Shown: one piece after another, positions 23,701-35,700 of the stretch
Layout of the letters: every line of letters begins with the position of its first letter
Position numbering within the stretch: the stretch's first letter is position 1
DNA from: Octopus sinensis
Lineage: Eukaryota
Reading direction: 5' to 3'
Assembly (NCBI RefSeq): GCF_006345805.1
Contig: NC_043008.1
Location: 35,898,001 to 35,962,000, forward strand
DNA length: 64,000 nt
Made by a program: the position numbers and the translations under genes
Notes under the pieces: generated by a model
Databases searched by the model: none
What the model saw: only the letters and a program-made list of their open reading frames with translations
Told to the model about the DNA's origin: nothing

Positions 23701-26700
23701 GGAGAACTAGATACAAATGAATGTTTGAATTGGCCTTTTTGTTTACAATCAGCAAATGCATGAGGAGAGGAAATATGAATTTACTCATACATCGTTTATC
23801 TATATTCTATATCTCCTTTACCTTTTACTTGTTGCAGTCATTAGATTGTGGGCCATGCTGGGGCACTACCTTGAAGAATTTTAGTCAAACAATTTGATCC
23901 CAGTACTCATTTTTTTTAAAGCCTGTACCTATTTTATTGATTTCTTTTGCTGAAATGCTAGGTTGGGGACACACACACTGTCACTCACTCACACACACAC
24001 AACACAGTTCTCTTCTGTTTGTCTACATTTCTCACTCACATGGCACTGATTGATTCAGTTATAGTACAGGACACCAACTAAACCATATCCCTAACCATGT
24101 CCTTCCAAAGCAAAATTCTTGGTTACATAGCCATTATTCATGCTGATCAGTTTTAAATGTGATTCCGATGGATCAGGAATGACCTGGGGATAAACATGTT
24201 CAATAATACACAAACATTTAGGCATCCAGACACCAGAACATTACCACAACATCAACCCATTCAGTCACTAAATTCAACCTTCCATAATAGGCCAGACATA
24301 ATTACCATCATACCTTGCTGAGACCCCCTTTGGTCATGACTGACCATGGGAATGCACCTAGAAAGTTACCCTCCGAGGCACAAGTCCGGGCAAGTTGTTT
24401 ATGGAAGACCAGCAGTCACCCATGCATACCGGCCTCCCTTTTCTACGCCACCAGTGTTATCCAAGGGAAAGGCAAAGGCCGATACAGCTTGACTACTATA
24501 GACGTTGTAACTCATTTCTACAGCTGAGTGAAATGGAGCAATGTGAAATAAAGTGTCTTGCTCAAGAACACAACACACAGCCCAGTCCAGGTATCGAAAT
24601 CACAATCTCATGATCAACGCTCTAACCACTGAATCATGTGCCTTCACCGCCATCATACCAGAACACAATTAATTAACAAAGGAACTATGAGGCTGCTTGG
24701 CAGTAGGCAAATCTCCAAGTTACACTTTGTCATATTGGGAAAGAACCTGACAAGCTAGATATTCTTGTTGTTCATAACCCTGGAATGACAGGATGGTCAC
24801 ATTTGAAATGCTTTTGATTGTAGGTCTGCTGCATCAGGACTGGCCTATCCCTTCTGTTATATTTCTTTTAAAATACGCTGTCTTAGTTTCAAATGATTTT
24901 GAAAGTAATGAAGCATTTAGTAAAATAGTTTTGTCCTTATTAAGCTGGTATTTGGAATCTAAATTAGCCTGAAATTTTGATGGAAGAAAGTTTTAATTTA
25001 GATCACTTTGAAACAGGAAATTGGTAATCATGGAACCAGAAGAGGTCAGAGGTGAGATGGTATCAAAATGGTTAAAGTTAAACAACCACTGTCATAGTTT
25101 CTTTATGTAGGGATCATTACTAACATCATCAGCACTAAAATAACAACATTCCTGAACTAAGTATTGTAAACCAACAAAGTTCTAAATACAACTGAAAAAA
25201 CTTGGTTTATTAGGTTTGAAATGTTTGTACCTGCTCTCCATGCCATGTACATTGGCAAGCCCATTTCATCGTTCATCTTCACATTGTCCCACATGGTACG
25301 AACACTGACATTTCTACTGTTCAGTTTCATGCCATTATTAACAGGTTCATCCAACTGGAAAACAAAATAAGGTCATCAACATTAAACACAATGACTGAGG
25401 TATATATATGTGACTGTGTGTTTATACAACAGTGCATGTAAGAGTGCGAGCACATTGTATGTTTTTTGGTTTGTTTGAAGTACTCAGAAATTCAAAAATA
25501 AGAACCACAAATAACAAATGAAAAAGAAAGCATCAGAGGGGCAGATAAATTTTTCCTGAAATTTATAGTGTGGCTTACAATGTGTTGCTTACCCATACTT
25601 TTTCATTGAACTGAATTAATTTTTTTGTTTTGTTAAGTATCACCATTATCTATACTCATGTGACATTAAGAAACCAACTCATAAATAAACGAAACTCTTG
25701 AATCCATCAGTGTACATACACACAATCACATATCTATGTATGTACCCACACGTGTCTATGCACATACGTATACCATGATCTCTCTCTCTCTCTACACACA
25801 GATGAGGGTTGATTCATATGTAAAGGAAAGTGAACAAAATGAAATAGCTATGGAAAATATTGCATAGAATTTGAGAAATGTTTCACCATTTTGGTATTTA
25901 TACACTGGTAAAATTTAAAAAATCAACGAAACCCTCAAATCCATCACTGTATATGCACACACAATTGCATATCCATGTATCTATTTATGTTTGTCTGAAG
26001 CTAATCAAACCAAACATTACTAAATGTCTTTCCCTCTTCGTTGTTAAAAGTAAAGAAGCTAGAAAAGATTGATTGTATTTCAGTCTAATTGTCATTTTAA
26101 ATGACTAATGCTTTCCATTCTTTGTCGCTATTACTTCACTCCTTTTCTTTATGGTTGAGAGAGTGAAGGTGCATGGCTCAGTGGTTAGGGGTATTTGGTC
26201 CATGATAGTAAAGTCATGAGTATGATTCCTGGTGGCAAAAATGAGTTGTAGCTGTAATTCAAAGGGGTCAGCCTTGTCACATTCTGTGCGAGGCTGAAAC
26301 TCCCTGAGAACTACGTTATGGAATGCAGGTCAGTGGAGTACTCATCTACTTGTGTGTTTATTTTACAAGCAGAATGCTCCGTTGATCAGATAAACAGGAA
26401 CTTTGTCGTTGTAACCGATGGATTGCTATTTTTTAGAAAAGAGTGAAAGAAAAGGAAATGTTCCATATCATAAAGTAAAAATGTCATATGTTTAGTAATA
26501 GGCAGTGAAAGCTAAAATGAAATAATTGTTATTCTGTCGTATTGTGACTTTGCTCTCAACCCACGTTCAGTTTGATAACAACAGTCTGCACATCAGTGTT
26601 TATCTGGGGGCTTGGCCTCCAGATCTGTGAAACCCACAAATGTTGCTGTCAGGACCAGATTAACACCCATAGTGACCCTAATGACTAAAAAGATTTTCCT

Positions 26701-29700
26701 GCCCCTGTATTATATCTTTTTGCATTTTCTTCCAACCACTTGAAGGTTTATCTTGCTCCAGTCTACTCAGCTGGCCAAAATGAGTTGTAGCTGTAATACA
26801 GAGGAGTCAGCCTTGTCATATTCTGTATGAGGCTGAATCTCCCTAAGAACTACGTTAATGGTATGCATGTCTGTGGAGTACTCAACCACTTGCAGGTGAA
26901 TTTTATCCTCATGTGGTAATGAAAAGTGTGACATCCAATATTTGCTGTAACAATGTGTCTATGTATCTACTTATGATGTATCAGCTACTCTGAAAATAAT
27001 GATAAACATTTAAAAACACAAAACGTATGCCGTTACCACTCACTGTCTCTCTCTCGCTTTGCCACTCACTTCAAGTATATCTACTCTCCCTTCAACCTTT
27101 TTATCTCTTCCTTTGAAGTAAGTGTGACACACACCACAGGGACATACAAAAACAAAAAACGCTTAGCGTATTAATATTATTGATGGAAAAAGTGAACCGA
27201 ATAACTTATGAGAATCAAACAATGCATCGACTGTATAAAGAATAAAGATCCTTCCAGACTCATAGGGTCAGTTTCCTGGTTTCCTTGGTACATGTATTCT
27301 CCAATGGACAGGATGCCAGTCTGTTAAAGGAATACTCAGTTTTGCCAGCTGAGTGCATTGGAGCAATGTGAAATGAAGTGTTTTGCTCAAAAACTACTAA
27401 GGGTATCTTTTCATTATTAAATTACAAAAAGTAATTTTTTTTGTTCTACTAAGGTAGAAATGTGGAGGCACATAGCCTAGTAGTTAGAGCAGCGGACTTG
27501 CGGTCGAAGGATCGCAAGTTCGAATCTCAGGCCGGGCGATTTGTGTGTTTATGAGCGAAATACCTAAGCTCCGCGTGGCTCTGGTAGAAGGTAATGGCGA
27601 ACTTCTGCTGACTCTTTCACCACAACTTTCTCTCACTCTTTCTTCCTGCATCTTGCAGCTCACCTGCGACGGACCGGAGTCCCATCCAGGTGAGGAAACT
27701 ATATGCCAAGGAAACTGGGAAACTGGCCCTATGAGCCAGGTGCAGCTTGAGAAGGAACAAACAAGGTAGAAATAAAAAGAGACAAATAATAAAACCAGGT
27801 AATTACAACTGAGTGAAATGAAAGAAAATCCCATGGATGAGATGGATGGAATAAATTATGAAAGAAACTGTATTTGCAAACAAACCTCAAGAGATTTAAG
27901 CATTTTTGACTTTAAGACAAGTCCTGAAAGATGACAAGGAACAGCTATGCGTCTGAAGTACCAAACCTGTTTGAGAAGAAGTAAAGCAAAGCAATTTTCA
28001 GGTTTTTTTTATTAAAAAATTTGGTTAAAAAAAAAAACACACACACACACACACACTCATTCATATTCTTTTTCTTGTTTCAGTGATGGAACTGCTTTCA
28101 TGTGGGAGAGCCACTCACAAAGGATTTTAGGTGGCTGTATCAACCTTACAATGAGTATATCAAACAAATTGACTTGGGCATAAAGGGATGTCACCAAATA
28201 CCACAAGGTATTTTTTAGCTGGACAATATAATTCTGCCATCCTATGCATATGCATATCTGATGGGCTTCTGCATAGTTTCCATGCAATGAGTTTCACTCA
28301 TAAGGCTTTGGTTGGTCCAAAACTATAGCACAAGATCAGTTTGATTAGAAGTGACTAGCAGTTAAATATCAACTATTAAACTAATTGCTACACTTTAGCT
28401 TAAAATATTTCAACACTCCAACCAAAGTCAAAAAACAAAATGTAAAAAACTTGAGATAGAATACTTACCATGTTCCAAAATATGATTGGATGTTCATCAA
28501 CAAAATTAGATTCTAATAAACATAAATCTCCGTCGCTTTCAACAACATTCTCCAGCTCTTTGCGTAATACGAGTGGACTCAAATAAGGAAAAGTGATAGG
28601 TTCCAAGATAATAGATTTGCTGAAGATGGAGATAAAAGACAGAAAATTATAATTAAAGACGATAAAGCATGATTTATAATGAAAGATGATAAAGCAGGAA
28701 AGGGAATCTTCACCCACTGAGTAAATTTTTCTAATATTCTACATTTCTGCTTAATATTTCACACAACAATAAAATAGATATTGAATTAAGTAAAATTAAA
28801 TGGGAAGTACAAAAAACATTTTATATTCATTTTAAATCTTGTGAATGAAAATTTTCAGTTATTTTTCTTCTTTTTTTTTTAATCATATTTTTGACTTATT
28901 TCAATTGAGTTTAAATCAAAAACATTTTACTGCAATTTTATAAATATGAACATTTCAAAATAATAACAATTAATAAAGTTAACAGTATATGTTGATATTC
29001 TATTGTTACTTTGAAAACCATAATTGTGAAACCATGAAATATGTAATTTCCTTTGAAACTATTTATTAGAAAGTGTTTGATTGTCGAGTTGGTGTAAAAC
29101 CCACATAGTTAATACTGAAGGGGCAGACTTAAGACAAAGCATCTTAAAATAACTATTCTTTGTTATATTCTTGTTGGTGGAATTTGAACTCAGAGTATAA
29201 AGAATAAAGCAACAAAATAAAAATGTGCAATAGCTTACCCAGATATAAAATCTCTCTTAATTTCAGAGGATAACGTTGAATTCCTTAATTCTTGCTGCCC
29301 AGTCTTTGTGGTGGCTGTACTTGGACACGATGTAGGAGACTCCAGGTTTGAACCCTTATCATCATATAATGAACTGTACACAGCAGAAGATGATGTAAAT
29401 GCTGTAAGGCACTCACTCGTACTACGGTAACGGTTTGACTTGACATGTTTGTTGTTGTTGTTGTTGCATGAATCTGTTGTCACGTCAGTGGAACTCTGTT
29501 CATTTGACGCCTCACTGGAGATGGTTTCACATTCAGGACTGCATTCGTTCACACACTCCTGACTTTCTGACTGCACTGAATTCTGTGTACCTTCTTCAGA
29601 AGTTGTTTCATCATTGTCACCTTTATCACAACTAAACGTTGAGGAGATACTCGTCCTCTGCGATGGTGGATTTGAGGAGGTTTTGCTTTTCTCACTTGAT

Positions 29701-32700
29701 TCTGTTGTAACTGCATTGCTTTTATCTTTACGAGGAGATCCAAATACAGACGATGACTTATCTTGACCCTTGACCGGGGAAGTTCCCTTGTTTAAATGTT
29801 TCCTTGCATCCTGTGTAAATAAATCAATAAAGCTCTCATTCAGTATACAGAAGAAGGAAAGTTCAATTCTGCAAATGAATACGAATTATTTTGGGAGAGA
29901 TTATGATCTTAAAAAAAAAAGACAATCTAAGATCTTGCAAAAAGAATGACGTTCAAACAAGATCAATGTTGCTTATTTGTTAGCTTGACATTTTCTAGAA
30001 GGGTTTTTAACAATCAAAAATCATTTTAGTACAACACTGAGCACACAGAGTCACAACGCTGTATCTGAGAGTATGTCTGTTTATCATCTGACTGTACATG
30101 AGAATTTTACCAGCAGCTAAACCCTATCAGAGAATTTGCCTTGAAGCATGAAACTAATAATTTGATACGAAAGTGAGCAGAACTAACACACACACACACT
30201 GAAATGTTAGCGGGAGCCATAATTATTTCACCCACCTAGAAGAGTAGTATCTCTGAATAAGAACTGATTGACTTGTAACGATCTATTCAACCTATACCAG
30301 CATAGGTAGTGGATTTTAAATAATGAGGATTTTATAGACACACATTTTATAAGGAATTGCTTCTGAATCACTTTGCTAAAATAATATTCAACAATGAATA
30401 AAAAAAAAAGACATACCTTGATGAATATCTGTATGCGTGGGACAAGCTTTTTGGCACAAAAAGTACAACTAATGAAAGATGAAAAAAAACAAACCAAATA
30501 AATAAATAAAAAGCATCATGTTACTTTGATATTTGTAATGTTATACAAGGTTAATTAAAGACATAAATTTCATTTAAAAGGTGACTAGAGACAAATAGTA
30601 TGGACCAATGAGATTAACGAACCTTGTGTTTAGATTTGAATCATCAGCAGACCAACCAGCCATAATCTCTTCGTCATAGAGCAGACAGAGACAATGAGGA
30701 CAACGGCAACAACTGGTCATCTCAACTTCAATAGTAATTTCTCCCATTTTCTCAAAGAAATCAAATAAGCCATAACTAAGGTAACTATCTGTGGATGTGC
30801 TTTTAGTTGAAGAATCAGAGAATTCCATCATAGGAATATCTTGCCCGGTAAATGTCGGAGAGGAAATTGAATCTTGAAAAGGTAAAAAAAAAAAAAAAAG
30901 AAAAAAAAAAGGAAAATTATATATAGACACCTGTGCATGTGTATATGTCTCAAAGAAGACACAAGCACTTTCACACACACATGACGGAACTTCTGCCTGC
31001 CAAATTCACTCACAAGGCGATAGACTGAAGCATTGTGAGTAAATCTGGTAGGCTACAGTTATATATGTAAAGATGCATGATGTGGTGATGTATGAGAAAA
31101 GTGAAATGAGATGAACTGAGTAAATTAAACAAAATAATGACAAAAAAAAAAATAAATAAATGTAAGAGTCAATGATTTGCCTTACAATTGGAGTTTACAC
31201 AGAAAGCATGAAAACACGAGTATAGATAAATAAACATTATAAATAGGACAGTAAAATGGGATATAAAACAACTAAACATAGTATGGTTTGAACACATGTG
31301 AGAGGATGTGGGCACCACACTATGTTTAGTAGTGTTTGATAGGCCACAGCTGGAAGCTGTCAGGGATAAATATTACAGAATGAAATGACAGAAATAAGAG
31401 ACAAAACATAAAAACGAGATAAGTGAATAGCCTTTCAAACCACAAATGGAGCAAAAAAGTGTGTGTGTGTTTATATTTGTTGAAATAGATCAAATCAAGT
31501 TGAAAAGTGAAGTTTGGATTTGATTAAATATTTATAATAAATTGATTGAATATACATACTAAAAATACTGAAATAATTTATTTAACAACACATTTTTCCT
31601 AAATCAAATATTTCTGTTCGCTTACAGTTGCTAGAATAAAGCATAAAGATTCATTAAAATAATGATTTATGTGCAAAACGCATTAACTAGAATCGTCTTT
31701 CAGCATTTCAGTTTTAAAAGAAGATTTAACTGGGCATCTATAAACAATGGACTAAACTTGGTTGCCAAGAGAAATACTTTACCTACTGTTGCCTAGTTGT
31801 ATCAGAAATTAGAGTAGGCACTCACTGAGATACAAAAGTGTAACACAAAGATATTGGCCCTTGATATCTACAGATGGACCACAACAGCTGAGAACAGGCA
31901 CTAATGGAAGAGATCAAATTCACTTCTGATACTATGTCCCATGAGTTGTTAGTTGTCGGATCACTGCATCCTTCAAAACTTCCATGCTTTCTGAGATTCG
32001 CCAACACTACACCTGATTTTCTCCCCTCCATACACACACAAGCATGTATCTGACTCATACATTGTTCGCTTTCCAGACATTTGTACATTACTGCATGTGC
32101 TTTATACGCACTTTCTGACAAATTGTGGTGCACCTGAGCACTGTATAGAATAATTTCATAATTATTATTTTTTTTATGAGATTTCTTATGGGTAGCCATT
32201 ACCAACTGTTAGTAGACTATGATACACAACCTAAGGCGATGATATTTATCTGAGTGTTTGTTGAATTGCAGACAACATCAATGAAAACATGAGCATATAA
32301 AAATTTAAAACAAAAATAAAAGTATGAATACACACCATGAGAAGACTGTCGTCTGTTTTCAGTCAAAGCTTCATTAAGGCAGTTATCAGTTCGACTGAGA
32401 AAATCTAAACTCCCTGACATTCTTTGCTTAAGTCCAGAGAGGCCGTCATGATTATCTTCGTCACCAGTGCCGCTATCTCTGTCTTCAGAAGGAGTCAGGG
32501 AGAGATTAGATCCAGAATGACCAGGCTGGGTGATGGATTGTTTCAGCTCATTCAATTTGTTCAATACAAGAGACGCAGACTTCAATACACCACTCAACAT
32601 TTCATTACGCCGGCGAAGACTATTAGTTCGTCGTAACTTAGTGTCCTGTGAGCGATCTACTTTTCCAGCTTCGTCCAATGACAACGTAGAAGAAATCTTT

Positions 32701-35700
32701 GATTTCTTTTGAGGTGTTTGATGATTAAAATTAGCTTTGACTGAATCGGCAAGACAGTCAGGGGAGCTACTAGTCCGTCCCAGATCGCCAAGTTTGCGAT
32801 TACCTGTGTCATACCTTATGTTCACTAAATCTTCATCATCCATCCCCTCTTCATGCAATGTGCTGCACAAATTACTAGCCCGAATATCATGCAATATCCT
32901 TTCAGGACTTATTGTTTGTACAAGGGATTTTTTAGAAAATGAACTAGAGGGCTTTGTAGGGGAGACGGGAGAAGAATTGTTATTCATTTCACTTTCATTT
33001 ACATTGTTATCAAATAAACCCAAAGGATCATTTTCTGTTATGGGAGCACTAAATGAAGAAGACAAAGGTATTGAACTCTTAGTGGGGCTTTTAGTAGTTG
33101 ATTTACTATCAGTTTCATCAGTAGGAGTAGCTTCTTTACTTGGTTCCTTTTCACTAGGTAGCTGCTGCACAGCCTCATTCTGATTGGCCTCATCTAAAAT
33201 GATTCCACTGTCTTCAATACTAGGGTTTGCAAGTAGACAAGTCTCTACTGTTTTCTGCTCAATGGTCTCACTAACTTTCTCTTTCTTGGTAAGGTCAGAG
33301 AAACGCATTGAGAAAGCATTTGCACTACTCCAAGATGGTCTCCAATTCGAGAACATGCTGTTGGAACGCGTTTTTAAATGGTTGTCTCCAGCACTCTTGT
33401 GTCTCTTACGCTTTGCTTCCATTTCTAGATCATGCAGGTTGTAATTGAAGTTGTTATTCTTCAAAATAGAATCACTGACCATCAGTACACCAGCAGAACT
33501 ACCAACTGTTAAAAAGGAGAATGAAAAAAAAAATATCAGATTTGGTAGAGTAATGAGATCTAAACAAACAAACAAAAAAAACTACAATGTTACACATAAA
33601 ACAGATATGCCATTAACAAATATTCAAATTTCAACAAGAGCACTTGGAGAGTGCAAACCTATGCCAAGGCAACACCAATGTCCTCTCAACAATTAGCCAG
33701 AGATGGATTTTAAAATGAGAACATCTGAAATAAACTCGACTGCTTTCGCAAACGAGAATACTAAAAATGAACCTGAGCGCTCAAATTTAAGTAAAAAAAA
33801 GAACTGGAAAAATAATCCAGAATCCTTGTCCGGTACTGGATTGATCCTAAAATCTAATCAGTTTGTGCCAGACACGAGGCCAAACATCCTGCAAAGTTTC
33901 ATCTAAATCCATCCAGTGGTTCTTGAGATATCTTGTCCATGGACAAACAAGTGAACATGACTGAAAACATTATCCTTGCCTTCGCTAAAGTGGAGGTAAT
34001 AACACTAATTAACATTATTTACTACTAAAAAAAAAAAAAGCAAATAAAAAATATTATTATTTATTACCACTCTGGATTTATCTGTCACATGTTTCTCAAC
34101 AATTCTAAGAGAAGACAATATTGGAAAAACCAATATTTCTGGTATACAAGTCAACATAGTATGTAGTGTAAACATGTTAACATTGAAACAGTCAATATCT
34201 TTCCAAATTCTTTCACAAGGAATTTTTGGGCCTCCAAAATCATTTTGGTACATAAGTCAACCTACCTTTTTTTTTTGTTGTAAATTTTGGTCTAAAAAAT
34301 TTGATTTGTTTGTTAGAAAATACAGTAATTTGCAAATGAAAACTGGACAGCAGTTTTTATAAGGAAATAGAAACAGAGAAAGATATTTACAGAGGTTTGT
34401 TTTCAATGCTTCAATACTTTCAGTACTGGTGATATTCTTAGCTGATCTTCTCATAATGCTGCCAACACGAGTTCGGAACTGAGAGCCAATGAAGTTATTA
34501 TTGGAATGGGAACTATCAGAGCTGTTGGAATTTGCAAGTGCTAGAAAAAAAAAATATTTAATAAGTTTAATGAACTGAAAAAAAAAAAAAATGGGAAAAG
34601 TTCATTAATAACAAACCTTATAAAATATTTGTAAATGTGTAAAAACTAATACTACTACCATGTCCCTAACAGAGAGAAAAATTACAGCTAATGTCCCAAA
34701 ATGTGGCAGAAGAATAACAGCCAAATAAGGAATAAGAGTAGGTTAAAAATGTAATTTCTTTATTTCATAGTCTCAAAATTAATTGAAGTTGGTGAGATGA
34801 TAACAGGAAATCTTTAACTTTTAAAGTGCTTAACATCATCGATATGTCCTCCAGGCAGTTAATGGTATGACTGTGATTCCAAAGTAATGCCATTAATGTG
34901 GTTTTAAGGCAGGTAATATCAATATGATTTTAGTAAAAGAGAAAAAAGAAAGATTATCAATCTGAAAATATTTCCAAAAGTATTGTTGACTAATTAGAAT
35001 GGTTAAGGTTTGTAAAGACCGGTTGAGGAGAGTGAAATTGAAATTGAAGTTGAAATCAAACTCTGTGACTGGCATCCGTTGCTAATGGAGTGCTAAGAGT
35101 ACCATACAAATGAGATCCTTGCCAGAGCAACAAGCTGGCCTTCGTGCCGGTGGCATATTAAACACACCATTCGAGCGTGATCATTACCGCATCACCTTAC
35201 TAGCACTTATGCTGGTGGCATGTGAAATATTCAAGCGAGGTCGTCGCCAGTGCCGCTGGACTGGCTCCTGTGCAGGTGGGACATAAAAAGCACCATTTGG
35301 GCATGGCCATTGCCAGTTCCACCAAACTGGCCCTCAAGCCGGTGGCACGTAAAAGCACCCACTACACTCTCAGAGTGGTTGGTGTTAGGAAGGGCATCCA
35401 GCTGTAGAAACTCTGCCAGATTAGAATGGAGTTTGGTTTGCCAGACCTTGGTCAAATCATCCAACCCATGCTAGCATGGAAAGCAGACGTTAAATGATGA
35501 TGATGATGATGATGATGAAACTAACCATTAATATTGGGTGTTAAACTAAGACATTGGATTTCTTAAATGTCATATCAAACATATTACAATAGTTTAAAAA
35601 AGAACAAACAAAAAAACTAGTAATGTAAATTTTGGACATTATAATACAACTTGTGGAAGAAAATACAAAACAATGCTTTAGAACATTTTCTTGGTCTAAT

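Noticed and set aside
27464-27540. tRNA gene
   Set aside because: It has A and B boxes but no complete cloverleaf acceptor stem. It continues into a SINE body flanked by a TSD.
31822-32205. 127-aa minus-strand ORF between exons 21 and 22 as an extra DENND4 exon
   Set aside because: It is the antisense of a CR1-like 3' end whose peptide and tail recur at 61925-62131. I found no convincing phase 1-1 splice pair.
32424-33906. Several plus-strand ORFs (for example 32737..33183, 148 aa) as an antisense gene
   Set aside because: Most are shadow ORFs of the Ser-rich coding exon, and the last lies in a Helentron-like repeat. None has a recognisable domain.
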